Shown here: positions 37,365-52,000 of the stretch, piece after piece
How positions within the stretch are numbered: the first letter of the stretch is position 1
How the letters are laid out: every line of letters starts with the position of its first letter
Source of the DNA: Balanoglossus misakiensis
Lineage: Eukaryota > Animalia > Hemichordata
Assembly: GCA_040954595.2 (NCBI GenBank)
Contig: CM082583.2
Coordinates: 3,667,060 to 3,731,059 of the forward strand
Direction: 5' to 3'
DNA length: 64,000 nucleotides
The notes under the pieces: generated by a model
What the model saw: the letters and a program-made list of their open reading frames with translations, nothing else
The model's database searches: none
Told to the model about the DNA's origin: nothing
Translations under genes and position numbers: made by a program

Positions 37365-39974
37365 CTATAAAAAAATAATGAAATGGCATCAAGGATGATA
37401 AATAACAAATTTCACTATTTCAAATAAAATGGTATTATACCAGGTATGTTTCCTCGTTTTTTAACATAAGCTTACTTGCAAGTTGAATATTGATGGCCGT
37501 GTAAATTGTCCAAGTCTGAGACAGTAAACTGTACTAGTTTACTGGTTATATTATGAGGAATTACAGGCCAATCATTATAATCACAAGCTGTCTTTAAAGA
37601 GTTATATCATTTTAATACGGCCTGGAGAGGTGTTGGAGAAATTTCACTGGGCCTGTTTGCTGGATTATAACCAAAACACTGTTTGCTGGATTATGACCAA
37701 AGGTGTGAACGTCCGCGACTTGATCAACACACTTAGAAACCATGATGGCGCGACATTGGCAATAGAGTCATATATCGGATGATTTTAGTCTAAGTTGTCT
37801 AAGTTAGAAAAAAGTGTTATTGAACAGTTTTGTGTTCAGTTTTTATGGCTGGGGGCGGCAAAATCCTGGGGGGTCACTTAAATTTTGAAATCAAAAAGGG
37901 GGTCATCTTTTTTTCGAAACGTTAAGGGGGTCACATACTTTTGCCCCCCCCCCCCCCAACTTCTGCTTTTGAGTCCACAAAAATGCAGTTTCGAGCCCAA
38001 CAAAGAAACAAACACACATAGTAAAAGCAGGGTGGGAGCGCGAGCCCCCCCCCCCCCCGTGTCTACCACTACAGAGTTTTCCTGAATGCATGCAGCCCCC
38101 CCCCCCCAATGCCTCCCAAGGGCTGGCATGAAGGAACAGCAGCTCGAGTTTTTACCTGGAATTGTGTGTGGAAGGCGTGCGATTTTGCCGTCCATACACA
38201 ATACATGTACACACTACACAAGGCAAAACCTCAAACTACGGTTCTGCAGACGCGGATCACATCGTGCCTGCAAACTGTATTGTACCTGTCTCATCATTGC
38301 TTGGACCATTACTTATTGATGCAACTCGAGTTGAAGACACGATAAATCAATATAAATACTACTTCTGGTCGATGCATCGAACCGGGGCATCGAACCGCCG
38401 ACACTCGAGTCTCAGCGGGCAGACCTCTATCATTTCATGTCCTCCATTGCATGCATTGCGCGTTAGATTAATTTTTGACAGGTCAAAGGTCAACCCCGTT
38501 ATGTGCGTGAAAGTGATCCGGACGAGAACGTGACCAGGGACGTGGGCCTGCACTGGTATAGCTATGCCATGGGTTTGTCATTGCTGGCAACCGAGTTTAA
38601 CATGTTATGACATTGTGTGTCGGCAAAAGAAAGTCCGCGTACCTAAAGGCTAAAGTTAAACGAACTGCACCAAACAGTCATGCAGTTTGTTGTTACATTA
38701 CCGGTGTTCAACCCCAGAAAATTAAAATACACATAGCCTAGGCCTACACCTGGCAGAAACTTGGTGTGTTTACGTTTGGATATTCTAAGACTGGAAAACC
38801 TATCGCTCTGGGGCACTCGCTTCAGCTTCGACATCATTCAGTGTGGTGAAAAACAGCCCTAAAGTATAGACAGGGACCCAATAAAAAAAATAGGTTAAAC
38901 GCACAGGCTCACAGCGAAAGCCGATAATAAATATTTCAAACGTGGTTAGCAGAAAGTGAATTTCGCTCATTTTTCTAAAATTTGCAGCAAATGCTATGGA
39001 CACGGAAAGGGTATATGCGAGATTATTCGTTAAATTGAAAGTCTTGTCATTTCCCTTTATTGTTGATTGTTTATTCTCCTTTGCAACTATATTTTTTTAA
39101 TCGGTAATGAAATACACGGGTTAATATAACGTGCTTGGTTTTGAAATTCAAGGTCGGGAATTTAATCGATTATAACAATAATAAAAACTACCGAGGCAAC
39201 ATTTGTTCCGTTTTCCCCATGGGTGAACATATCTCGAAATTGAGCGCGTTGGCTATTCAATTGTTTTCTACCATGATTCAATTTTAATTCATTTAACTGA
39301 GCCTTGTTTAGACCTAAAAGTTCATGAAAATGACAATAGCAGAAGTAGGTTTTCTAGCAATCGTAAAAATGTCATTTTTACTCGAATGCATGGCTGTGGT
39401 CCTCGCCCCACGCGGATCTATTCAAGGTGTACGGAGTAGCTCAAGACTTTGTTTACTTTCGATTGCATTCGACGCTAATGTTTTAGGCCTAGGCAATGTA
39501 ATTAGTTTTACTGTCTGGAGCTAGTAAATTATAGAGGTGGTCGGGCCGTTTGGAGTTCATTATAAATTCTACAATATTTTGATATCAGTTAGTCCTCTTT
39601 GCTGCTTAATTGTGCCATTTATTGTTTTCGTTTGACTCAATGTTTAGTTTTGGCCCAGTCTTGCTGCACTCAATTTCGAAGACGCACGGCTGCCATTATT
39701 CTAACACGTAACTCAAGCAGAAAACAGTAAAATTTTGGCAACAAAATCCCTGCCATTCTTTCTATACAACTTTCTTGCTTATGGTCTCTCTTGGTACAAG
39801 CAAGACGGATGCGTCATGCACAACGCGAAGCTCAACACATGATACAGGCCGGAACAATGGCGCAGCAACCTAAGGGAAGTTGCACGCAAACACAACGAAA
39901 AATCATTAACAATAAATATTACACTTACTTCAATCCTGTGGCACAGGGTAGGCACAACAACGAGAAAAACCAAT

Positions 39975-40365
39975 ACTAAACTAAATACTAACAGAAACTA
40001 ATACTCTAACTAAACACTAACAGAAAATACTCTAACTAAATACTAACAGAAAATACTCTAACTAAATACTAGCAGAAAATACTCTAACTAATTAATACTA
40101 ACAGAAAGACTCTAACTAAATACTAACAGAAAATACTCTAACTAAATACTAGCAGAAAATACTCTAACTAATTAATACTAACAGAAAGACTCTAACTAAA
40201 TACTAACAGAAAATACTCTAACTAATTAATACTAACAGAAAGACTCTAACTAAATACTAACAGAAAATACTCTAACTAAATACTAACAGAAAGACTCTAA
40301 ATACCAACAAAAACTTATACTCTAACTAAATACTAACAGAAACTAATACTCTAACTAACTATAAC
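39975..40365. repeat. AT-rich ~23-27-bp minisatellite (tactctaactaaatactaacagaaaa)
   Basis: About 15 tandem units are directly visible. Confidence 0.95.
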
Positions 40366-42828
40366 TAATAATCTGAGCTGAAAATATAATAAACTAACCT
40401 AAACTAACAACTAATAAATCGAGAAAAAAAATCTAGAGAAGAGAATATTATGTAGGCGTGTGGACTGTGGGAAGAACGATAACGAACTGAATATCAGCGG
40501 CAGAGTTTTATTGTTATGCAAACGTTGTACGCGATATGCTAAACAGACAGAAGTGTAAATGACATTGTAAGGAGCTGTTGAGGACATAATAACAGGTGAA
40601 GCAAACTGAACACAGTTGTTGGTAGCATGCAGATTGAGCTGTCAAAAATCGTACCAATCAGGAACAGCCTTCCAAGACTGCGTAGGGCTCTCTCGTAAGG
40701 TTATTTTTGATTGTTCAAATTCTTTACCATGTCACCACTGCCACTACACTGGTAAACAACAATGCAAACAAACTCAAAACTGGCAACTTTGCATGGATGC
40801 ACTGGCATCAATGATATGCCTTTCAAAGCGCCACACATAGTGAAATTACACATGTTGCATGCTTCATGACACGCTCTAATTTAGACAACTTAGACAATAT
40901 TATCCGAAAATATATAATCATGAATATGCACATACGTGAAGTAAATATTCATTATATCAAAGCAAAATTACTGAAAACATAGTGAAAAGTTAGAGCTAGT
41001 GGAGTGGACAACGTGTTGTTCAGTGCTTGCGTGCCTTTGAGTAAGAGGATTATTATGTCCCCAAAATGTTTCCATGATTTTCTATAAATACATTTATAGA
41101 AATAAATACAATTGAGTTATTTTGTAAAGTTTTCCTTGCAAACAATATTGTTATTTAATGTACGTACATGCGTAAACACACCACTGCTTTAAAACAAAAC
41201 AGTGATGTGTCGTATTTACTATGGGGGGGGGGGGGGGGGGCGGTTCAGTCTTTCACAGCTTTCCCGATCTGTCTGCATAGTGCGCCCTCTTGTGGTGACG
41301 TGTCTTCTGAGAATCGGCCAGGTAAAACAAATCATCGAAGTGCTCGTTACAAAGAAGCACAATTCGCCATCGTTCCTGTTTTAGATAAACGTTTTTAGCG
41401 TTTCGCCCGTCGGTGAAACACGTTAAGAAAATTTATTTTACAAATAGTATTTCCATTTCGACATAAACTGATTGGACCGAGCAAATTGTTGGAAACGTAG
41501 AGCCTATGGGAGTGTTCAGATTTTACAAGAGGAAAAAAAAGTGCTGGTACTCGTGTATGACATTATTACACCCTCCACATTTTGTCTGGGAGGGTTAGGG
41601 CCTAGATCAGCCATGCTGAACATGATGTACATTTGGTGGGGGAGTATGTGATGAGAAAATACAGCAAAGTTACAAAATTATGTAGATTCGGGTTTGTGGA
41701 GTACTGGGGTGGGAGATAATTTGATCTTAAAACGCTTACATTGCAAAATGAAATGGTACTCGTTTTCGGTACTGCCATCATTTAATACAAATACAAAGTT
41801 TATTCGCCCGTAAAAGTTTCTTTTGTCTTCCTTGTTATATAGACTGAAAGATTCAGTCGTGTGTGGGTGCTCCGGCAATGCCTCGTCCCTAGAAAAGGTC
41901 AAGGTTGAAAAGGTCTTAGGCGGCGAGCCGGAGCGCCCGCACAGGACGAACCTTTCAGACTACTTTGTTATATTGATACCGTACGGAAGTAAAAAAAAGT
42001 GAGTGTTTAAATATAGGTTTCATAGGGGTCAAAAGGTAGAGTTCTAGTGACAGAGAAGATTTGGTGTCAAGTCTACTTGAATAAACGTAAGGTAACCACA
42101 ATCTTTCAATGATTCTGTGCAAAGCTGCATGTGTGGTGCAACATTTTTTTAGATTTCTGAGCCAGAGTATGCATATATGGCCAGTAATTTTCAGAACTTT
42201 GATAAACACACTCTTTTCATTTACGCGCTTATTTTTTGAAATACAGAGCCATGGATTAATCGATAAGAAAACTGCCAATGGTTGGGAGAGCGCGGTGACC
42301 ACACGATTTTATTTGACCAATGAATTTATGTTTACTTGACTGAGCTGTGTGTAAAATTTCGTGAAAATGACAATAGTAGAAGTTTGTTTTCTGGCTATTC
42401 TCAATCCTATGGAAAACAGACGAATCCGCGCAGTTTTCCATTTTATGTTCTGCACCAATCTGATTAAAATCAGATGTATGCTGTCGCATAAAAAAAACCA
42501 CGTCGCTGTTCCCTACATCTGATTTTAATCAGATTGGTTCTGCACGTACATCCTTAATAAGCTACAATTTGGAAGAAAATTAGAACCAGCAACTTTTAAA
42601 GAAATGACAATACTTTAAATTTTACTGAACGCACATCCTTAATTGACTCAACTCCATGTGACCGGGGGTACTATCACTGAAAAATGAAGGCTCCAAAACG
42701 GAGGGACAAATGTACGAGAATATTCCTTGCGGGAAAATGACTAAAAAATACAAAAATGCACAAGGTGAAGGTTCCATGGCAATGCCCTACCGTTGGCTGC
42801 GCTGTGTCGCGGAGTTGGGCGCGCGCGC

Positions 42829-42840
42829 GGTGACGTCACC
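42829..42840. promoter_or_regulatory. Perfect CRE palindrome GGTGACGTCACC in a CpG-rich patch upstream of the otoancorin-like gene
   Basis: TGACGTCA at 42831-42838 is preceded by gcgcgcgcg and lies ~200 nt upstream of ATG 43039. Function is inferred. Confidence 0.45.
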
Positions 42841-43038
42841 AAACATCAACTTGGACGACCTGCCTACCACTGCATCTCTCTGTTGCTGGCTGACCTTATT
42901 CTTTGGCCAGTTATCTTCTTTTGGGAAGAACTTCGTGACACAACAAGACATCATCAATCCAAATAAGTGTTAAAAGAACCGAGAAACTATACTTGTTCAA
43001 AGGCTTTCGTTTATCGATGTTTTACACCTTCAAACTTG

Positions 43039-46000
43039 ATGATGTGGTGGTCACTTTTTGTCGTCTGCCTCTTTTCCCATATTCTGCTCAGCAGAGCTAG
43101 TGGTGAGTTTTACTCTTTTTTTGTTCATCACCTCCATCTCATCGCACTCTATCCTTGGTATACTTCGGCGAAGATGTATGGAAATATATAAATGAGCATA
43201 GGCATTCTGTACGTTGTCGTGGGCAAGATGTACGAAATGCCCCGAGTTAACCCTGAGTACAGGTCTGTGTGTTCCCGGCGTTACACGGCCTCCAGTCCTC
43301 CACCACAACCTGCAGGGCTCCATAGACAAACCTGGTATCCAGTGTTGTGTTGTGGGGTGGGGTGGGGAGGGGTTCATTCAAAACTTCGGTGTTACTAAGA
43401 AGGGGATACTCAGATTCGGCATGCTTGCCTAGCGCCTAGGGCTTGGTGGTTACTCAAAAATGTCTGCCCCCCCCCCCCCCCCCGGGCCGTAAATAATGAT
43501 GGCTCCCTTTATATAGCAGAATTTTCTTGAAATGTGCTGAGTTGCTATGTTCTTTTTGTGGCAAGTTTGAATTTGCTCATCACATTATTTTGTAACCATC
43601 TTAATTTACTGTTTTAATTTGGTATTCTAATTTTTTTTCTTTAAAAGAGGATCTGCTATCTGACTGTGACAAGTGTCGCACCTTACAATCGTGTATCAGA
43701 CCACCATGTGATTGCTCAGCTGAGTGTCAAGACGTCGAATTTCCAGGTCAGTTGCTTGGTATATACTCAGATTTTACAAGTAATAACGAAAACTGAAATC
43801 TACTGAGATAACATTCAAAGTTACTTTTGTAATATTACTATTTCTTTATTTAAAAAATTTGAAAGTGCTGGTCTGATAATGACCAGCACTTTTATGTGCG
43901 AAAGATATTGTGAAAATATCAACATTGTGTTTTGGGGCAATTTTTGCTGTTCAGTTATTAATCAAAAGTACTTTAAAGAAAGGCTTGTTTAATTTCTTGT
44001 AATTTGTATGTGTAGGGTTCTGGAGCATTCTCATTATTTTCAGGGCTGTATGTTAACTTTTTTTTTGGGGGGGGGGTGTCCACTTGTTACATGCATTCTA
44101 ATCAAAACATCTTTTTTCCCCAATCTACCGGTATGTGATAAATGTGTTCTCCTTCTTTAGGTGCTGATGAAGAGTTGACTGAGTTCTTGCATTTCTTTGT
44201 GAATGGGAGTTTCCATTTTCCAGCCAATTTCACATTTCCACCTGATTTTGATCCTGCTATTCTTGATGGAGTACACATGCCACAGAATTACAGTTTGGCT
44301 TATGATAACCATTACTGGCATGAAGGGCCAGTAGGTAAGTGATGACATGTACATGTGTACCTACATATACCACTTGAAAGTACAAATGTGTTACTAGAAC
44401 AGCCTGAGCCATTCTGAGTCATTTTAATCAATTTGAGGCCTCACAAATTCAACCACAGGTACTATGGGTAGTTGAGATCTGGTCAATGACAGATTTTCAC
44501 AGGGTAATTATAGCCATGTGAAAAAGAGTGTGCCACCACATGGTTATTTGAAAACTTACACTTGCTGTTATAATACTTGTATTTATTATAAGTGAATGTC
44601 TTTTGAAGCCATGTATACCTGCTAATTCTACCGTATTTGTATTAAATCAAATACTCTAATCTTCTCTTTATCCCTAGTCAACAAATGGATATTTTAATAC
44701 CTATGTGCATATACCATGATACTGGTAGTTGGGAACAACATCAATATAATGTGTTTATTGTTGCTTTTCTGTTTCAGATGATGGTATTCACAGCAGTATG
44801 ACTGATATGATGTAAGTGTGACTGTTCAAATTAATATCATTATAATATCATCGTCAAAATACTGTTGATTAGGATTTGACTAAGTCAGTTTTGCTGAATT
44901 TACTTGTCAAGCTTACATAGTGCTGTACTCTAACTTCATTATCCTATTAAACTTATTTTCGTACTCCAAATCTTGATTTACGGTACAATTTGTACAACAA
45001 TTACATGTGTCTATATTTTCTAGGCTGCATGACTTGTTGAGCGGGATTCCTGAGGCTTTACAGGCTAAGCTAGAGTTGGCAGGTATACTTCCCAACATGG
45101 AAACTTTGTCACAACTTAGCATTGATGAACTCACAGTTTTGCCAGAAAGCATTATCAAGAGACTCAATGTAAGTTTGCAAAATCACACAAATATTTTCAA
45201 TTAGAGCAAAAAAAATACTGAAAGCAAAAGACAACAGAAAGTAATCCTTGGTACCACACATTCGTTTTTGTCAGTGACCTGATTTTTCATCTGATAGCAA
45301 GAACCTCTTCAGTTTGACACTAAATAGTTCCAAATTTTATCATATCAACACAGTTCAATTTAAAAATCAGAATCAGCAGACCTATGAACCGGGTGTGGTA
45401 AACATATAATCTCCCAACATTCTAAACAAGACTGTGACATTGTGTCATTGAAATCTTGTGATTCCCTCACTTTGCTGCGGCTCAGTGGGATACGGCCACA
45501 AAGTAGGGAATCACCTTTGATGACATCACACCCATTCAGAATATTGGGAGATATGTATATCACCTGTAAATATATGAATTATACTGGTACATGTAACTGT
45601 CAGTGCATGACGACATATACCCGGTAGTTCATTTTTGCTATTGAGGGAACCCATTTCCAGATGATGGAATAGGAATTTCTTGTGTTGTGATGTTTGATTA
45701 TATATATGGTAGTTTGCATTGCTTGATGATTTTCCATTTCATTGAATATTGATTATTGTAACTAAGTTGGCATCCTGTAGAGAGCAAACATTTGTTTGGT
45801 CTTTGCTGAGTCTGATGTACGGCACTTGGACTAGCATCTTACATTCAGTACATCCACCTGAGTGTTGACGAGCCATGCTGACTACACAAAACTGTTTTAT
45901 AATAGAAATATATAAGCTACTAACTTTATCCAAAGTTTAGCATAATGAGTTTCCTGGCTCTCCAGAAATGTGAGCATTTTTGATTTCCTAACACTGCAGA

Positions 46001-49000
46001 CAATATAATGGTGGGCCTTACATATTAAATTAAATGGGGGACCAGATAGCAAAGCTATGACTTTAGAGTGGGTATAAAGGATGTGAACAACTAATTTCAC
46101 TGACTGACATACCAATCGATCCTATTTGCATTAATATTTCCTTTTGTATTTCAGTTTGACCTCCTAGCAGACCTGTCTGTGAATGATGTGACCCAGCTGC
46201 TTATGCAGCTTTCTCAAGGGCAGGCTGAATCAATATATCATATTCTGTCTCATTTATCGAAGGAAACATTCCAAAATGTTCTTGCAGAAATAAAATCAGA
46301 GCTAAGGGTGAGTTTATCTTGTTTTGGAACTCTCAAAAGAGAATCATGCAACAGGTCAGCCCTTTGAATGCTACATTTTCTTAGTCAAAATAATTATGCC
46401 TTTTTCATAAGAGGGTGCCCTTGCCTTCCAAAACATGGCGTCATCTCCAAGCAGACAACGCGAAAAAAAACGAGGCCAGTCACAGAGCACTGCTCAAGCT
46501 TGTCTTGTTTGTTGTGTATACCGGGGGTATGATACAAGTTGCGTGTAAACTTGCTTACACTAAAATGTGGCTGTCAAACATCCATCCCAACTATAGCAAT
46601 GATACACAAGACGATAAAGCTTTTACTCTGTGACCTACCGGCCTCGTTTCCGCACCATCTACCTGGTAATGATGCAATGTTTTGGAAGGGCGGCGCCCTC
46701 TTCACGAAAAAGGTTTTTGTTGCACATTTGTTTAAACCATTTTTCTGTACTTTTTCCCTTAATTTTAGACCTTAATTTTCTATATTGATTTTCAATATTG
46801 TTATCAGGTCTCAATCAAAATATGAGAAAATGTGGAAATGTTATGACGGTTTATTTTTTGAAAGATGACAAATTAGGTTGACAATGGCGACGTAGAGTCA
46901 GTTCACGACCCAGTGTGCTGGAGGCACACTAGAAGTGGCCATGTCCTCACAGTGGCTGCTAGACTCTATGGCAGTCGCTGTGCCTGTCGATAAGGAATGG
47001 AACTTTCGTACGACGCGCCGCCAGGCAAAGCGACTGTACGTTTCTGCACACATATATTTGATATGAATATTCATGAGCGGCGTTAATTTGCATGTAGAAC
47101 ATCTAGAAGCGCACAAAGCTCGCGATAACGCCCAAAAATGCATATTCTGTACCTGGTATGTACGCGTATAGAACTCATGTTGACGCGACGCTAATTTGAT
47201 TGACAGACATATGAGGTTCGAATGTTCTCCGCTACTTACCAAAATCTGGTAAAACCACTTGAGGGCGTTTACAGAATCGGCAAGACTGTGTGATTAGCGT
47301 CGCGTCCACAGGACGTTCGCAACGCGGACGCGCATTTCTTTTTCAGTATCACACAGTCTTGGAGCAAGACTAAGTGGCTGCCTGTAGCTTCCATCCACAA
47401 AAATGTGTTCAACTTGAAAAGCATGGACCAAATGAAATGTTTAACAATAGAATACCGTCTAGAACCATAGATCCTGGAGGAAGACGACAACCAACCGCGG
47501 CAAAGTAAAAGGCAATTGCAAATGCAAACAGTTGACTTTATTTGGGTAAGCAGGCCAGCTTCATTTTCCCATATACCGGGTAGTTATGCACAGGGCTTAT
47601 AGGATAATTTTTTCCATCTTTCTCAGGGAGGTCATGTTCCCAAATCCATCAGTATCACTATGATATCGCTTTTTGAACACCATTTTGGCAAGTCAAAGCG
47701 TTGGGAAGCTGAGATAATTCCTCTTCTTAGTCCTTTTGAAAGTGGACTGAATGCTGAACAAATTAGGGGCTTGACTGAACCAGCTTTTACAGCACTGTAA
47801 GTATAAATCAACTTATAACTCAAAATGAATGTTTTTGAGATGAACACATTCACTCAGAAGGGTCAGGGTCATCCATGCTATCATTGTAAACAATTGTAGA
47901 CAAAAGATTAAGCCCATTTTCTAGCTCTCCTGTTAGTGAAGCCAACTAGCAGAACTGTGATTGGCAGGATTCACTTATTTGCCAATTTTATATTTTTGTC
48001 AGGTTGACACTATTTTCAAGCAATGGAACATCTACTGTACATGCTCTGGACAAGCCAGAGCACCGTGCAATAGTCACAGCTGGAATGAGACACTGGGGAC
48101 GTGTTCCGTATTGGGATAAAGAGAAGCTTCTAAGTCTTGGACACATTATCATGGAAATGACACCGGGAGAACTGAGGAAGATTAGCCCATCAATTGTGAG
48201 TTAACCCATGTAGCAATTATGACATGCTTAGAATAACGTGTCCTCACATGGACAAGAGTGCTTGTGACACACTGACAGGTCAGTTAGTCAGAGTGCAACC
48301 TGCCCAAATTGGCTGCCACTTAAGTGACATATTCTGATTTTATATCTGCAGCTGAGGTGTTATTATATGCACAGAACAGATATTTTACCAAACTGCAGGT
48401 AAAATACCTGGACAAAAATATGGACATCAGTTTGTACCTGTGATGCAGTCATTGGCTGCCAAACAGATTTTACAGTTTTTTTCATGCCCTGAGAGCCTAC
48501 CTGAACTGATTTCATTCAAACTAAAAGCATTAATTGACGCATGTCAATATTGTTCAATTATTGGCTTGACACCCATTTTTAATGATTTTTTACACATTGA
48601 ACAAATTGTATTCAAACTAGGTGTGAGGAAAATGTACTGTGACATACACATGTATGTCATTTTCGTTGTGTTGGAATCCAGTACATTTGTGTATGCATGG
48701 TCATGACGTCAACTGGCACTCAGGCAGCCATTTTGTTTAAATCATTATACCGGTATATATAATTTCATCTATTACTCTAGCATGGCCACAAGTGTTACAT
48801 TGATCTTTGTTTTTTTATTCCCATTCATTATTAGATGATGGAAATCCTACCTCAGATGGGACAATATAATTTTGAACATAGTAGGGGAAGAGTAATTATA
48901 AGTGTTGTTACTCAGTCTCCAAAGTGGGAATGGTCTGCTTCTCAAGTCAAAAAGTAAGATGAAGTTATGTTTAATACACTCACTCACTCACTCACTCACT

Positions 49001-52000
49001 GACTCAGGCATCCCAGCTATACCGTACACTGACCGGCGCACCAGATATGAATGGACTGTCCTGTGATACGTGACGGATCATTTTAGCATGTTGATTCGCT
49101 GTCGAGGCACAAGTAAATTGTTGCATGCATCACAGAATGATACGTAGAACCCCAAAATCATCAGCTACATTGAACAGACTCTAGCTTATCCAGAGTAAAA
49201 ATGAAACTTGGAGATTTTATGCAATGAAAATGAGTTGGTCATTGCTCCAAGCAATTCTTTGCTACGTACATCACTATGAAAATATTCCAGCTGTTGTTCC
49301 TCTCTCTCTCTGTTTGTACGATGCTTTTTTGTAATTTTTGCAGCCTTGGTAATTTGACCCGCTTCCTTCATGGGAATGAAATTCAGAATTTACCAGCTGA
49401 TGTTGTTTCAGCAGCCAGTACTGAACTTGCAAGATCAGTTGAAGGCAGAGGCTCTGTAAGTTTTAACTATGAACGTAATTGTTGGAGTATATTTTACCCA
49501 GTATGTGCCAGTATGCTAAACTTAATTTCTTCATGAATAACCAACCATACTTGTGTCAAATACCTACCGGTATAGGCTTTCAGTCAACATATTAGCCACA
49601 AGTTCTCTTTTTCAGGAAATTATTCTGGACCGACAAATTACCATTACATGTATTCTAGTCCCTCTCCAACTGTTTGTCAAACTTCTAATATAAGAGATTG
49701 CTAAAAGTACCCTTACAATTCATCAGCTCTGTCCTTTACCAATACATACATCATTTTTTGCATGTGACAATTCAAAATTGCAGAGCAAGCTGAAGAGATG
49801 CATTCCTAGATGGATTTATTTCAAAATACCATATTAAACATTGATGGTGCAATATATTGTAAGAACACACCTTTTTTTCACTATAATTATGTATCAAAAA
49901 GTTCTGTCAGATGTCCATTACCAGTAACTTCTTACTTTTTCATTTATTGATAATTTCAGCAAGTTCGTAGCATTGCAACTAAGATAACTGAAGTACTGGG
50001 TGATGTTCGAACTTGGGACAAAGATGACATCAAAAAAATAGGCCGTGCTGCTAGTGGACTAACAGTGAAAGACCTGAAAGAGTTACCAGCTTCGGCACTT
50101 GTAGAAGCTGTGTCTGATGTTGCTCAAAGTGACTTCAGCAGAAGACAAAGCCGGGTCATCATGGAGAAGTTTAAAAAAGGAAGACAAAACGCTCATCAGG
50201 TAAAATGTATTAAATGTCAGATTTCTACTCCACTTTTTAAAGTAATCAACTGAAACCAATTATTTGTATCTGCAATGTGTGGGATATAGAAGTTACTTTT
50301 TTTTTATTCCCAAGGTTAAAGTGAAGTGGTCGTCGCGCCGCTTTTGTTTGTGTATAAACATTACAATTCATCCACAAATCCCTCAAATAAGATAATTCTT
50401 AGAATGAACAAAGCAGATAACACGAGCATAGACTGGGCATGACAGCAAGTGAAGATCCTAGTAGGCATGTACATCTGATAAAACTTACTCACCGGTAGCC
50501 CATCAGAAAATGGTAGCTGCAGCCAGTAATTTGGTAGTCCTGGGACATGGGTCTGATGTTTATTTTGGGGAGAACGTCACTTCTTGAAGCTGTTGGAAAT
50601 GCATGATAATTATACATTCCATTTGTTTCAAATAGCCTGTCTCTGCCATGGAAGTGAAAGAATTAGGCAGTTTGGTTGCTGGCCTCAAGAGCTCTGATTT
50701 CAAAGAAATGGATACATCAGCTATCAGAGAGTCACTGAAGACATTAAGAGAAGCCAAAGATAAGATGGATAAAACCCAGAAGTTTGAGATTATGAGAAAG
50801 GTAACAGTGATCTTGAAGTGTAGCATTGTGTGAAAGTGGTACTCTGGCTTTGTGAAATGTATGATGTAAACTTCAGATCTATGTTTTTGTGTCAGATGTA
50901 CCAGTTTGGATGGATGCCATTTTCAAAAAGTTTGAGTTAAGTACAATGTACGGCAGCTGTTCAAAAGGTACTAGATCACTACCTACATGTAGATACAGTG
51001 CATGGTTATCACATTCCATAGCCTATATGTTTGGAGCCAAACAAATGTTGTCTACTTTCCCTGAAGAACTATGGTTGCCACCAATGTTTGACTCATTCAA
51101 GTTGAGTATCTGATTTTTGCTATTATGTTATCATCAATCATTCAATTTTTTTATATTCAACAGTTAAAAAGGAGTGAGGGCGGTATTGACAAAGTCATCG
51201 TAAACATGGGAGATCTTGCTACAGAGGTACCCTTGAAAGCTTTAAGAAATGTATCTGTCTCTACCCTGCTTGGAAGTGACAACGATGGGGGAAACTATAC
51301 ATTAGAAGATGGACCTCCAGTTTCTGGTGCAGGCAAAATTAAATGGACCAAAAGTCAGGTACTTTTACATTGTTATATAAATGCAATATAAATATTTGAT
51401 CGAACACTTGACAATGTTGATTATATAGGAGTACTGGTATACTGTAGTGTACATGTAAGTCAGTACAAATTGGAGAAATGTTTTCATTGCTCAATTTCAT
51501 TTAATTCTTGATGGCAGTTGTAGAATGTATTGATGTCTTCTGATAATTGAACTATATAAGCACAATTGCCGTTGATCACTTGCATGTCAGCAGGGTATTT
51601 GTTTCCTAGGACCCCAATGGCTTAATTGTCATTCCACATCCAAGTAGATAACACTCAGTGATGAGTCATAATAGCAATCCCATGGCCAATTTTTCATTAC
51701 TCCAAAAAAAACACAGTAAAGAACAACTAATTATCAGGCAAATTTTATATTTGGTAGACTATGATGATGTTTCGTGAAATTGTAAAGAAAAGCATTGCAC
51801 CAACTGGGTCTTTACAGACAATCGGACCTGATACGATAAGGTATGTCTTCCTCATCTTCTATTCTATACCGTCCATGTACAAACGTGGATTGACAGCATG
51901 ATTTTTTTTTGCCACTAACACTTTTAATCTCAACTACCAATAATTCAAAATATCTGCTATTAACCTTGTCAGAGTGCACATTGTTTCCATGGGGATAACG

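Noticed and set aside
37878-38553. Cluster of overlapping ORFs with poly-Pro/Gly
   Set aside because: They arise from poly-C tracts in a GC-richer repeat or intron segment and give no coherent protein.
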